The notes beneath the pieces were generated by a model. That model made no database searches, was not told where the DNA came from, and was given only the letters and a program-made list of their open reading frames with translations. Positions 49,650-58,433 of a stretch of 64,000 bases of DNA are shown piece after piece. Made by a program: the position numbers and the translations under genes. The number at the start of each line of letters is the position of its first letter. The stretch's first letter is position 1. Origin of the DNA: Laetmonice hystrix (lineage: Eukaryota). The DNA lies in NCBI GenBank assembly GCA_965235115.1, contig OZ249450.1:19406001-19470000 (forward strand), in the 5' to 3' direction.

Positions 49650-51781
49650 CGGCAGAAAATTCTAGTCATCATCTTACCACTACACGCAAATATGTAAGAA
49701 TGACTCCTCGTATATACGACCATTCACCAAGTGACAACACTTGGTAAGTTGACCTTTTTACGCCTAAAGGGTAATGGGTTACGGAGCAAATGTTCAGGTC
49801 TAAAGTCCTTGAACCGACCTCAACATGACGCTATATATACAGTGACATCCGTCGATGTCACTCTACACGGTGACCTTCACCTTGGTTTTGTAACACATAA
49901 CTAAGTGTCAGAATAAATCATTCTATATCTGGTCCCCAATACTCTCACACCTCAGGTATACGAGGGAATCCCACTTATACCTCGGCGTCATACCTGGCGG
50001 AGATATTCTAAGTTCTATTGACCACTATCAGGAGTAGGTAATTTCAATGGAACAGCCAGCATTACGGAGGAATGCCTTGTGTTATTTTCCCAGTCCACTG
50101 ACCATGCTGACCATGCTGGCTGTTCTATTGACATTACCTACTCCTCACAGTAGAATATTGAACTTGGAGAATTTCGTCGAGGTAAGTGGGATTCTCCCGT
50201 ATATCTGAAAACGTTTTGTAATATCCATGACAAGTATCTTCACTTATAGACGTGCCTAGTAAAATCTGCCTTAACCTTGCATTATTTGTGCGGTACACAT
50301 ACACCAGGACAACAAAGATTTTAATCAAACATTTAGAGAAAAATTCAGAAGAAACTTAATGATTAGCACCTTGTTCATACATAATTTAGCCATAAGCTTC
50401 TGAACCTGACTAGTTACCATAGTTACGTCCCGGAAGTGTATCTTTTTTGGGGTCACACTGAATGTACCTCTTAATCTTAATGCCCACATATACGAAATAT
50501 GACAAATACCGGTTGATCAGTTTAAACGTATCATTAAAAACTATTTACACCTCTTATAACATAGTCCTGTTTTTGTTTATAAGTGATTGCAATCCAACCC
50601 AATAAATGACTATTTGTCATAGCTGTTAAATTTGACATGGTTTTTTACATTTTACAAATAATTGAGTTGTAGATGTTGAGTATTATTATACATACGCGTC
50701 TGAGTCCTTGATGTTCTGGATGCCTTGTTTGAGGTCGTGTCGGAGCTCCACCATTGGGGTGATTCCGAGACGTCGCTTGAGGTCGGAGGCACTGCGGACC
50801 TTGACAGACAGAACCTGGCGGAGGGTTTGAATCTCGTCCTCCAGCTGCAACCATAGAGATATACCTGTCGTCATCTGGGCAGCCTGGGGGGTGGGGTGGG
50901 GGGTGGGGGTGTGTCACCCTGACCGGCGGTCACGGCCACCCCCTGGCCGGTCAGGGTATAGGGTATGGGGACCTTGACAGACAGAACCTAACGGAGGGTT
51001 TGAATCTCGTCCTCCAGCTGCAACCATAGAGATATACCTGTCGTCATCTGGGCAGACTGGGGGGTGAGGGTGGGGGTGGGGGTGGGGGTGGGGGTGAGGG
51101 TGTCACCCTGACCGGCGGTCACGGCCACCTCCGGGCCCGTCAGGGTATAGGGTCACAGGACGGGGACATCTCAACAGCCAACTACAGTCATGTTATATAT
51201 GTGTTCCCGCTCACCTATGTCTACGCTCTCTACATTATAAATACACCTGTTGTCCCCTTTCCCTTCCTTCCCCATTATAAATACACCTGTTTCCCCCTTT
51301 CCCAATCCTTCCACATTATAAATATACCTGTTTCCCTCTTTCCCAATCCTTCCCCATTATAAATACACCTGTTTCCCCCTTTCCCAATCCTTCCACATTA
51401 TAAATACACCTGCTTCCCCTTTCCCAATCCTTCCACATTATAAATATACCTGTTTCCCACTTTCCCAATCCTTCCACATTATAAATACAGCCTTTTCCCT
51501 TTCCCAATATTTCCATATTATAAATACACCTTTTTTCTTACATTTCCCAATCTTTCCACGTTCTAAGTACCCCTGCATTTCCTTTCCCAATCTTCCCCCA
51601 TTATGTTTTATCTTTGTGAACGTCCATGTTATAATGACTTGAGTCGTACTGACCTTTGCCAATTCCTCCTTCCACTCAGCCTCTTGCCTAGCGCGTTCCT
51701 CGGGGTCCACAGGTTCAGTGCTCTGGTTGAGGGCATTGTCATACTCTGGGGACCGGGCTTCTGTGTCGTACAACACCTCAT
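3101..51781 (-). CDS. TPD52: TPD52-family protein (tumor protein D52/D54-like), multi-exon gene, 5'-incomplete (first coding exon not identified)
   Basis: Spliced translation: (x)EVLYDTEARSPEYDNALNQSTEPVDPEERARQEAEWKEELAK|LEDEIQTLRQVLSVKVRSASDLKRRLGITPMVELRHDLKQGIQNIKDSDA|[three 20-aa exons]|YQKTNQALKTVGAKTAGAFSTAGAFASKKLGDMR|NSTAFKSFEEKLGGAYTNVK|SRVRGSKSENNFEEALNNSSLTEEQNGGSASYPTSPMTPEEKVPL*. It contains the family hallmarks as I recall them: the ELAKxEEEIxTLRQVL...LKRxLGI coiled coil, KKLGDMR and NSxxFKSFEEK. All junctions are GT-AG with matching phases. The symbol denotes the family, not a specific vertebrate paralog. Confidence 0.96.
3465..3797. repeat. Minisatellite, 56-bp unit x6
   Basis: ggcttacatgacgccgcacatga recurs at 3486, 3542, 3598, 3654, 3710, 3766. 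Confidence 0.95.
4456..4567. repeat. Tandem duplication, 56 bp x2
   Basis: ccagcgcacgcgccgtgcaagcaagcgtctctcagccttcctgtcacgtgactatg at 4456 and 4512. Confidence 0.95.
5501..5611. repeat. Tandem duplication, 56 bp x2
   Basis: cctcctgacgtagc.tggacacctgacaggg at 5501 and 5557. Confidence 0.9.
7450..7510 (-). CDS. TPD52: TPD52-like exon: NSTAFKSFEEKLGGAYTNVK
   Basis: 61 nt; acceptor ttgtttgttgtag, donor gtgagt; phase 2 to phase 0; NSxxFKSFEEK motif. Confidence 0.95.
9121..9237 (+). repeat. Dispersed repeat, copy 1 (copy 2 at 42175-42295)
   Basis: attccgct..taa.atactttcgct.atcgctcgaccc.gaaattttaac.tg..gtccctggggttcaaagg.aa..a.ctgaggaattt...gtgtaactttaa is shared by both loci. Confidence 0.8.
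11260..11620 (+). mobile_element. Possible highly decayed LINE 3' fragment
   Basis: SFPTSHSCHMTWYSIP and DCCGFSQRIY*NAPYLLD loosely resemble the SFFP..IxxWNSLP and CxCG..ExxxHYLLxC motifs of CR1/L2-like ORF2 ends. Confidence 0.25.
11748..11849 (-). CDS. TPD52: TPD52-like exon: YQKTNQALKTVGAKTAGAFSTAGAFASKKLGDMR
   Basis: 102 nt; acceptor gtgtttttcag, donor gtaaga; phase 2/2; KKLGDMR family motif. Confidence 0.95.
11926..11985. repeat. Short tandem repeat, about 17 bp x3.5 (aaccaatcagcatgga)
   Basis: Visible repeats of ccaatcagcatg. Confidence 0.8.
12377..12660. repeat. Minisatellite, 62-bp unit x about 4.5
   Basis: gagagcacgtgatggggctgcaatatctccaggc...gtaacatgttgggttcccat; explains three overlapping ORF-track entries. 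Confidence 0.95.
12781..12888. repeat. Minisatellite, about 26 bp x4
   Basis: aaatcagtgctttatatgtgtc(c/a)aat. Confidence 0.9.
13678..15392. repeat. Minisatellite, 88-bp unit x about 19.5
   Basis: ccgtcacagtcaacatgtaaatacggccacaataaccgccttccctcgcgctaccatctcctccacccatcattctcaccacacacgt; highly homogeneous. Confidence 0.98.
16371..17054. repeat. Minisatellite, 49-bp unit x14
   Basis: cattctcctcggtcctccggctcatgtgtgacttattctgtgactcaaa. Confidence 0.98.
17894..18100 (+). mobile_element. tRNA-derived SINE with V-domain-like core
   Basis: A-box-like tagtggtcc, B-box-like gggtttgaatc, then gtcgatggttcctcctgggactccggtttcctctatcagtaaaactga. This matches my recollection of the V-SINE core (ggttttctccgggtactccggtttcctcc...aataaaactga) common in molluscs. 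Confidence 0.65.
21083..21125 (-). promoter_or_regulatory. Tandem pair of CTCF-like motifs
   Basis: cagcgccctctggtggcca and cagcgccctctggcgggcg, 24 bp apart; the reverse complement closely matches the CTCF core CCACCAGGGGGCGCTG. Confidence 0.65.
21898..22000. repeat. Tandem duplication, 55 bp x2
   Basis: gagctatgcccactccccctacccacaccctt at about 21899 and 21954. Confidence 0.9.
24464..24523 (-). CDS. TPD52: TPD52-like 60-nt repeat exon A': YKATNEKISEVSDKIANTEA
   Basis: Acceptor tttgctgtttttgtacag, donor gtgagt; 60 nt, phase 2/2; aligns ungapped with exon A (YK.TNEK..E....I....). Confidence 0.9.
25785..25826 (+). promoter_or_regulatory. Tandem pair of CTCF-like motifs
   Basis: acaccagatggcgctc and caccaccagggggcact, about 26 bp apart. 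Confidence 0.6.
26378..26437 (-). CDS. TPD52: TPD52-like 60-nt repeat exon B: YQKTSATFTSAGEKVSNSEA
   Basis: Acceptor ttttttactttcatcaacacag, donor gtgagt; 60 nt, phase 2/2; YQKTS..AGEK resembles the start of the downstream constitutive exon. Confidence 0.9.
29850..30130 (+). mobile_element. Degenerate RTE-like non-LTR retrotransposon RT fragment
   Basis: Frameshifted translation FRYLS...ARLAKSTFHKLSQNI...SSLLYSSRVF resembles the RTE RT C-terminal pattern FKYLG...RIxKAxxAFxKL...SxLLYGSExW (from memory). Confidence 0.45.
30746..31428. repeat. Minisatellite, about 53-bp unit x about 13
   Basis: acactctgcagcaggtcgtccacagagttaaggctatgatgaagaccccc; variable C-run. Confidence 0.97.
32008..32135. 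repeat. Purine-rich (GACAGA/GATAGA)n microsatellite
   Basis: agacagagatagagatagacagacagag... Confidence 0.9.
33107..34075. repeat. Minisatellite, about 96-101-bp unit x10
   Basis: tctgttacaggagccccctctctcccaggtataaagtcgtcggccgctaacacccagtgatagcgacaagttgacaaggaggaggggcacacgatccag. Confidence 0.97.
36279..37163. repeat. Minisatellite, 88-bp unit x10
   Basis: ccctccacatctaaactccaccatatcgtcaatgtcaacctacccctctgtccctcctacaccactcactcaatctatactcggcaaa. Confidence 0.98.
38526..38917. repeat. Minisatellite, about 77-bp unit x5
   Basis: ttgctatatcacagatagcttctactcgtatccctgtgacagacagatctcgcagtgttacacgttgtat.tctccc. Confidence 0.95.
41313..41626. repeat. Minisatellite, 32-bp unit x about 10
   Basis: ctcctgacggc(a/g)gtgaaccaatcaaacgtcag. 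Confidence 0.97.
41674..41799. mobile_element. 126-bp MITE, PIF/Harbinger-like
   Basis: TIR ggcccggttcacaag(g/c)aaagtcaagtcaa ... ttgacttgactttgcttgtgaaccgggcc, flanked by a CTG target-site duplication (41671-73, 41800-02). The superfamily is inferred from the GGCC-type termini and 3-bp TSD. Confidence 0.8.
42175..42295 (+). repeat. Dispersed repeat, copy 2 (copy 1 at 9121-9237)
   Basis: Direct visual alignment with 9121-9237; mostly identical with few indels. Confidence 0.8.
43430..43546. repeat. Tandem repeat, about 38 bp x3
   Basis: tttttgttattttca.aagtctg.c.gggtccctgtc. Confidence 0.8.
43783..44097. repeat. Minisatellite, 35-bp unit x9, identical copies
   Basis: ctcaaccactctgtctatcctcctgtctgatccat. 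Confidence 0.98.
44369..44428 (-). CDS. TPD52: TPD52-like 60-nt repeat exon A: YKKTNEKLTELNTRITTSGP
   Basis: Acceptor ggttacctgcag, donor gtaagt; exactly 60 nt, phase 2/2, open frame; resembles the 20-aa alternative insert of vertebrate TPD54 (recalled as YVKTSEKLGEWNEKVTQSDL). Confidence 0.88.
44438..44660. repeat. Minisatellite, 47-bp unit x about 4.7, abutting the acceptor of exon A
   Basis: accaatcaaaacggtcggtgagtgaccaattaaaatgacaggtcagt. Confidence 0.95.
47017..47100. repeat. Tandem repeat, about 28 bp x3
   Basis: ataacatggtattaaatatgtcagtttt. Confidence 0.9.
47794..48141. repeat. Minisatellite, 88-bp unit x4
   Basis: aaaacgaggcgtttctactccccagcactgtccaacaccagcgcttgtgattggctgc... at 47794, 47882, 47970, 48058. 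Confidence 0.96.
48960..49045. mobile_element. Degenerate relative of the 41.7-kb MITE
   Basis: Shares ctgattggttaaaat, ttgacttgaag and the terminal cttgtgaac(t/c)gg(g)ccc. Confidence 0.35.
49617..49646. repeat. (ATCA)n microsatellite
   Basis: aatcaatcaatcaatcaatcaatcaatcaa. Confidence 0.9.
49952..50208. mobile_element. MITE-like element (about 257 bp) with imperfect ~32-bp TIRs
   Basis: tcaggtatacgagggaatcccacttatacctcg versus the reverse complement of cgaggtaagtgggattctcccgtatatctga; no clear TSD. Confidence 0.6.
50696..50844 (-). CDS. TPD52: TPD52-like coiled-coil exon: LEDEIQTLRQVLSVKVRSASDLKRRLGITPMVELRHDLKQGIQNIKDSDA
   Basis: 149 nt; acceptor ctctatggttgcag, donor gtatgt; phase 0 to phase 2; most conserved part of the family. 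Confidence 0.96.
50969..51150 (-). pseudogene. Tandem duplicate (offset 173 bp) of the coiled-coil exon's 3' splice site and 5' part, with an in-frame stop
   Basis: Near-identical copy of about 50797-50968; reads cag|LEDEIQTLR* because CGC CAG became CGT TAG (cta at 50988-50990). Confidence 0.85.
51233..51603. repeat. Minisatellite, about 39-bp unit x about 9
   Basis: cattataaatacacctgtttccccctttcccaatccttcca. Confidence 0.93.
51654..51781 (-). CDS. TPD52: TPD52-like exon (most 5' coding exon found): (x)EVLYDTEARSPEYDNALNQSTEPVDPEERARQEAEWKEELAK
   Basis: 128 nt; acceptor ttgtttgttttag, donor gtcagt; starts phase 1, ends phase 0; the EWxEELAK motif is typical of invertebrate TPD52. Confidence 0.93.
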
Positions 51782-52599
51782 CTAAAACAAACAACATGGC
51801 AAATATACAGGACATGTATCATGGTTTAACATTGGAGTATTTGAGTAATAAGAAGTGAAATAATAAACAGTTTTTAAAAACAACTTTACGTTGGTTACGA
51901 TCTCTAGATCTAATAGTTTCCTCACATTATAAACCAGGACTCCTTTCGTAAATCGCATGACCATATAAGGAGTCACTCCAATCTGTGTTTATTTCCCTCA
52001 AGTTATTAACAATGAGTCACAACGTAAACAGTTCCCACTTAGATTTCAAAGGGCACACTACTTTCTATCAAAGTAACTCTCACCTGACTAACAAAATTAA
52101 AATTTGATGATTCAGCAACTAGACATCACCATGATCAGGCGCCAGACAGACAGGCAGCGTCTCATATTGATTTTTTACCTCTTATTGTGTGAACATTTCT
52201 TGACAAGACATTTTGAAAATAATCATTCCGCGTTTTAAACATTTTATTTTGTCTTTAATCGATACCTTTTTGATAGTTTTTCTGATACAACTGACATCCA
52301 TCCGGGCACAATTCGAGAACCTTAATCCCCGATGTTTTTAGCACCTCACTGACCCCGGTGCTAAATTATCTGTTTCATCACTGATTCTTCAGTCAGGATT
52401 ATTCTGGCCTTTTACAACCTGCGGTGGCCACTCGTTAGCGACTTGGACCAACAGATCGCCACCATTACTTTGCTGTATTTTTGTGTGTGGTCGGTTTAAA
52501 ACATTTCTTTAAACGTCACATATTGACTTGGATTCGGGCAATAAATAACCGACGTTAAACAACTAAAGGCTCCATCCGTCTGAAGGTCGTAGATATCTC

Positions 52600-53110
52600 A
52601 GCACGGCCACAGTACCACTGACGAACCACCTAACGGTCTCCTCCACAGATGAGCAAACACTTATACCCCCGGAGTCACGGCAGTCGTTTCTCCGATAGCG
52701 GCGGTCAAACTTTCCCACGATAACCGACACGACCCGGAACGCTGCCTCCTCCGTACGGGCATCCATCGATCAGGGCAGCTCTCAACGTTTACAAAGCTAT
52801 CGGCCACTTGGTTCACAGCAATCTCTACCACTTATTCATACACGTAACATTTATCTGGTCGGAGTCCGTCAGCTCCGCTAGGCAAACACACAATTCCTCA
52901 CGTCCCACTGCCAATATATCACACGGGGGTTTAACCCCTCACCCCTCACCCCGCTAACACCCCCAGGGTCAACTCTAGAGGGCGTTCTTTTTGTCTTTTT
53001 GGAGGAGGTGGGGAAACAGCCTGTTTTATGGGCCGAATACGGACGGGTGGCTTCGATTATTCCGGCTTCGTGAAAACCGCCGGAAGTTTGCCGTAAGGGG
53101 TCAGGGATTG
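52600..53110. promoter_or_regulatory. CpG-rich promoter-like region about 1 kb upstream of the first identified exon
   Basis: CpG-dense; ccggaagt at about 53080; minus-strand ATG at 52766. Confidence 0.35.
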
Positions 53111-53654
53111 GAGCAGATCTAGGGACTGGTTTTAGGTATTAGTTTAAAGTTTGGTTGTGGTCAACAAATACTTTTATAATAATAATGTGTGTCTTGGAAG
53201 GGGATGCCTGTACAGATCATTACACAACCTCCATCTATACAGCACAGTGCCGGACCTCTCTAGACAAACTTACACAATGTCAGATATTGCCTTGTCGTTC
53301 ATGCCCTGATCTCCACCCTGTCTCAGCCGGTGGCTGTTGCTAACAACATTAAATAGTGGCCAGAATGCAGGCACCAAGTAAACAGATTTGTAGAGTGCAG
53401 AGATTGAATCCCTTGTATTGATGACGACTGTTCATGCTGAGACTTGCCTGTCGATTCATTCATACACGTGCCTTTTCTGGCCTGGCTCACCAACAGGGCA
53501 GCCTAATATTACCAGCTGATCGATTATGATGGGACAGGGTCGGCTGGGGGCGGTGGTGGTGGTGGTGGTGTGGTGGAGGGTGGTGGTGGGTTAAAAAGGG
53601 GGTGCCGTCTCTGACGCTGTATGCCTGGATCGCCCGGGGATCACAACTCTCAAT

Positions 53655-53987
53655 CCGGCCTGACCTGCGACCACCACCGGCCTACAACTGTCCAACACCC
53701 GACCTACCACCGGCCTGACCTGCGACCACCACCGGCCTACAACTGTCCAACACCCGACCTACCACCGGCCTGACCTGCGACCACCACCGGCCTACAACTG
53801 TCCAACAACCGACCTACCACCGGCCTGACCTACGACCACCACCGGCCTACAACTGTCCAACTCCCGACCTACCACCGGCCTGACCTGCGACCACCACCGG
53901 CCTACAACTGTCCAACTCCCGACCTACCACCGGCCTGACCTGCGACCACCACCGGCCTACAACTGTCCAACACCCGACCTACCACCG
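53655..53987. repeat. Minisatellite, 55-bp unit x6
   Basis: ccggcctgacctgcgaccaccaccggcctacaactgtccaacacccgacctacca. Confidence 0.96.
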
Positions 53988-54647
53988 GGCAACCACTGCC
54001 CTCCCACTGGGAAATCCTGCTATCTCTCCACTCTTGGTGACACAAGATTTGACAGCAGGGACACATCAAACAGACGGTTTTTATTGTAGTTTAAAGTACC
54101 TTACAAATTATGCCCCACTCACCCGCGTTATACGCTGCCTCCTTTGACCATATCAGAGTAGTGTGATCTTTCTTCTATTTAGAAGTCGCTCTCAGACATG
54201 ACAGAGGCCTGTGATTCTCAGAGGGAAAACGAAGATATGTATCCTGTGACGTGCCAATGATTGAATCAGTATATACCCAGTTGGTTTGCTACAAGTCCGC
54301 GGATTATTCTACAGGAGTTGGCCTCTCCTCCACCCCGGGACACAAACACAGCGGGCCAGACGTTGTTTTCCCAAAGATCAGACCTGCCAATCAGTGGCAG
54401 CCACATCAAAGGGGACCTCTTCGCGAGCAGCTTTGATCAGAGATGCTGATTATAAATCTTTTATTACGAATGCCACTCCGTTCCTGATGGTCTCTCGCGG
54501 ACTGGGATGTCGTCGCAGACAGTGAGCTGGCAGGAGGCGATGTAGGGTCCTGCCTCCGCCCGCCCACACAAACATACATAAAACTCTCTGTGGCTCTGAC
54601 TAAAGGCCTCCCACCCAGCTCAAAGTATGTCAGGGTTCCAACACCTG

Positions 54648-54843
54648 GGCCCAGTTTTTCAAAAATTCTCAACTTGAACAAAGCTTACTTAAGTAAACTA
54701 ACAGGCTCCTGATTGGCTGGCCTATAAGCAGACCAACTATAACAGGCTTCTGATTGGCTGGTCTACTTAGGCCAGCCAATCAGAAGCCTGTTAGTTTACT
54801 TAACTAAGCTTTACTCAAGTTGCGAATTTTTGAAAAACTGGGC
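54648..54843. mobile_element. Foldback MITE (about 196 bp) with long inverted arms and GGCCCAG-type termini
   Basis: ggcccagtttttcaaaaattctcaacttga...taacaggctcctgattggctggcct pairs with aggccagccaatcagaagcctgtta...tcaagttgcgaatttttgaaaaactgggc (about 75-nt arms); TSD imperfect. Confidence 0.75.
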
Positions 54844-55051
54844 ATAGGTCCTCAGTGTACGGGCAGCAGAGATGTCAATCATACCACGTGACTAGGGCTA
54901 CTAGAAGTACGTCACAAACGTGTGGCTAACCATTCCTTGCCTCAGTCATGTCAGTGCTACTATTGTTTCTCTGAGAACAAAAACATCAACGTTGGTATAA
55001 AAAATACTAATCCGTAAATAAATCACTTCTCTGCTGCCGATCTCTCCTGAC

Positions 55052-55113
55052 AAAGAAAGAAAGAAAGAAAGAAAGAAAGACAGAAAGAAAGAAGGAAAAA
55101 AAGAAAGAAAAAA
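55052..55113. repeat. (AAAG)n microsatellite
   Basis: aaagaaagaaagaaagaaag... Confidence 0.9.
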
Positions 55114-55979
55114 TAGCGCAGCCCTTATGCATCTCCATTTATTCTCGTCGCCAATTTCGCGTTCAGGAGGTAAGCAATAAATCTTGGTTTGGCCCATTCT
55201 CTCTATCTCGTGGCGGCCTGTGCTGGCAGACGACAGACAATGACGGCCATGCAGGCGGGAATACCTGCACACAGTCTGAGGGGCACTGAACACTCAGTTA
55301 TGGCTGCACTGATCTAACCAAGTCTCTCTTAAACCGGTCAGAGAAACTCCACATCATTAAGGCCCATTCATAGTCCAGTCGCCGAACGTTACCGACTAAA
55401 AATCTGACCCCGACTGATGTTCCGGACTATGGACCAGTGGGGCGACCTTGTATAGTTTTAAGAGCGTAGACCACCAACAATTTCAACGACTTCCCTCAGC
55501 CAGCCACCAACCCTGCAGCCTCTCGGTGCTAATATGTGTGCAAATTGCGACCACTTGGAGAATCGTCCAAATTTTCAGACCGTGCAGTGAAAAGTTCCTC
55601 AGCCATTCAAATAAAATCAAATCTCAATTTCTGGTTTTATAAGTTGAATATCAAAATAACTATCTCCATCACTTGGGCCGACAGCTGCAGAGCCACTAAT
55701 TAAGGCCGCTAATTAATAATAGGCGTGATCTCCGAGTGAGACATTCTGCAAGACCAAAATTATTTCCGTACTTCATAGTTACTTTAACTGACTCCTTCGG
55801 ACTAAAGTTGCTCACACTTGCTACTGAATTCAACACAAAGGCTACTGTCTTAATCTAATAAATGCTGCCGATGAAGCCAGTTACCATGGCAACTCAGGTG
55901 TCATCTGATGCAGTTTCTATCTATAGATATCTATATTTATAAGTGTACAAATGTCAAGCTAATAGTCGCCACCACTTTT

Positions 55980-56580
55980 TGTGGGTCTCCACTAGGAGGC
56001 CTCGGTCTCGGTCCGGCAGTCGGCCCGCACTCTCTAGATTCAGACTCGCTGATTGGTTCGTCATTTCTGGGGTTCTCCCTCCGGCAACCAAAGGGATAAA
56101 CCCCGAGGAACCTGAACCCAAGGACATGAATTGTGATCTGTGGTCTACAAGTGAGAGTGGGATTTAAGGGCAGGTATTAGGAAGTCAGCAGGATGAGTAA
56201 TCAACGGCTGCAATATCTGCTGTGCGGACGCCCTTTTACTGCAGCAGTGTCACACAATAACAGCATGCGAAAGAATCTCCAGAAAGAAAAGGCGTAATAC
56301 GTAAAACGGCAAGAACACCGGAAGTTTTCTGAAGCACCTTTTCCACCGTTTTCATTTTGTTGTTATTAGCAGCTGGCGTCAAGCAGCGTTCCGGCGGAAA
56401 TACCCGTGAAGTTTTCCCAACATGCCCCAGCGCTAGATCATCCTTCCGGTATGACGTGTACCGAGTCGGCGTCGATCGTCCTGGCGTCGTCATTAAGACT
56501 TCCTGCTGTATAGGTCAACCGGGACAACCGGTAAAACAGCGGCTTACCTTGTGAGGGATTGGGGGTTCGGGGGTAAGTGC
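55980..56580. promoter_or_regulatory. CpG-rich promoter-like region
   Basis: ETS-type ccggaagt/ttccgg motifs (about 56318, 56389, 56443), tgacgt at about 56452, tgattgg at about 56050, many CpGs; strong donors on both strands (56543-47 minus, 56574 plus). Confidence 0.45.
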
Positions 56581-56711
56581 TCAGGGGACGCTATGAATTG
56601 GTAATCAGAGGCACCGGAGCTGTCAGTAGAAAGCCATAAATTACAGGTCACGTCGACCTAGAACTAAGAATCATATACCGTCATCACCTGAGTCAGGACT
56701 GGGGATGGTGG

Positions 56712-57190
56712 GATGGCGTGGGAGTGAGGACCTGTGATGGCGTGGGAGTGAGGACCTGTGGTGACGTGGGAGTAGGCCCTGTGATGGCGTGGGAGTGAGG
56801 ACCTGTGATGGCGTGGGAGTGAGGACCTGTGGTGACGCGGGAGTGAGGCCCTGTGGTGACGCGGGCGTGAGGCCCTATGATGGCGTGGGAGTGAGGACCT
56901 GTGGTGACGCGGGAGTGAGGACCTGTGATGGCGTGGGAGTGAGGGTCTGTGGTGACGTGGGAGTGAGGCCCTGTGGTGACGTGGGAGTGAGGCCCTGTGA
57001 TAGCGTGGGCGTGAGGACCCGTGATGGCGTGGGAGTGAGGCCCTGTGATGACGTGGGAGTGAGGCCCTGTGATGGCGTGGGAGTGAGGCCCTGTGATGGC
57101 GTGGGAGTGAGGCCCTGTGATGGCGTGGGAGTGAGGCCCTGTGATGGCGTGGGAGTGAGGCCCTGTGATGGCGTGAGAGTGATGGCGTGG
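56712..57190. repeat. G-rich minisatellite, 24-bp unit x about 20
   Basis: gtgatggcgtgggagtgagg(a/c)cct; source of the repetitive 159-aa and 132-aa ORF-track entries. Confidence 0.97.
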
Positions 57191-57379
57191 GGTAAGAACT
57201 CAGGATCCCGCCCGGGTACCCAGACTCTGACAGGTAATGCCCAGGGCGCTCCTGTCAGGTGGTGGTAGCACACATCGACCTCCCATCAGCCACAGCTTCA
57301 CAAGTCTGCTCAAATCGATGCACAGGCCTGTCCAAATCAAGGCAAACTTCGATCGGGGTCTCACCTTTGTGGTCCAGTT

Positions 57380-57710
57380 AACAGACCAGATAATAATCTG
57401 TCAGAGGCCCACACCAACCCGTCATCCCGCCTGGTCTGTTCTCAGCCAGTACGAGTCGGAACAACGCCTTAAAGGTGCAGGAGATGGAGGACGACTTCAG
57501 GGAGAAAAAGTACGGCAGGGCTGAGCAAGACGACGCATCACGCCAGAAAGCGGGGAAATCTCTGAGGACCTAATCGGACTACACAAGGAAAATGATTAAA
57601 AAGAAAACACTGGGCCTGAAGAAGACTGCATGGAGTGTCAGATATCGGAGTGTCGCAGAACTCCTCAGCAAGAACTCATCAAACTCCCCCATTGGCGCCA
57701 AACCCTGAAC
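57380..57710 (+). mobile_element. Possible degenerate non-LTR retrotransposon ORF2 fragment (EN-RT linker)
   Basis: One frame stays open apart from a single stop: ...KVQEMEDDFREKKYGRAEQDDASRQKAGKSLRT*SDYTRKMIKKKTLGLKKTAWSVRYRSVAELLSKNSSNSP; basic helical character typical of LINE linkers; no diagnostic motif. Confidence 0.3.
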
Positions 57711-58193
57711 GATGAAAGTACGACTCATACTACTGACAAAAACCCGAGTCATTTTATTCTGCAGATGCAGTGATATCACATTTCACCGGTCTCAAACAGG
57801 GCCCTTAACTTCACACTTTTCCCACTTAAATGTGGTCTGGCAGGAAAAGGACTTCCGGAATGTGGAGGTAATTTCTTTAAATTTCAAACATGGAGAGAAA
57901 AAGAGAACTACGTTGTAATTGAATATTTTTTCCCAGCCAATACATGGTTTGGTGGGAAATCCCAGCCGTAACCAGTTACTAATCTCTTCTGAATTCCAAA
58001 CTGCAAATCAATCATAATCAGCGCGTAGCTGTAACGTTGAGATTTCCGCTGGGCAAATCTGCATGCAGTTCAAATTCCCCAGTTGTAAGCAAAATTAAAA
58101 CGTTGCCTTTGGATAAAACGTTCAAAATTGTGGAATTCTGCAGTCAGTGACTGTGGTTAGCGAGGAAGAAACATGATCATTTTCAGTTATCAG

Positions 58194-58433
58194 ATGGCAC
58201 AGGGACTGGATGAGACCTCAGTGGCTCCACATGGCGCAGGGACTGGATGAGACCTCAGTGGCTCCACATGGCGCAGGAACTGGATGACACCTCAGTGGCT
58301 CTACATGGCACAGGGACTGGATGACACCTCAGTGGCTCCACATGGCGCAGGGACTGGATGAGACCTCAGTGGCTCCACATGGCACAGGGACTGGATGAGA
58401 CCTCAGTGGCTCCACATGGCACAGGGACTGGAT
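58194..58433. repeat. Minisatellite, 37-bp unit x about 6.5
   Basis: atggc(a/g)cagggactggatgagacctcagtggctccac. Confidence 0.95.

Noticed and set aside
55957-56127. Minus ORF MSLGSGSSG...DRDRGLLVETHKKWWRLLA with a GLL motif reminiscent of vertebrate TPD52 N-termini
   Set aside because: No credible phase-1 donor to join exon 51781; a three-residue match is not significant
56789-57273. 159-aa and 132-aa ORFs with repeating [14 protein letters not shown] peptides
   Set aside because: Translation products of the 24-bp minisatellite; no splice or homology support
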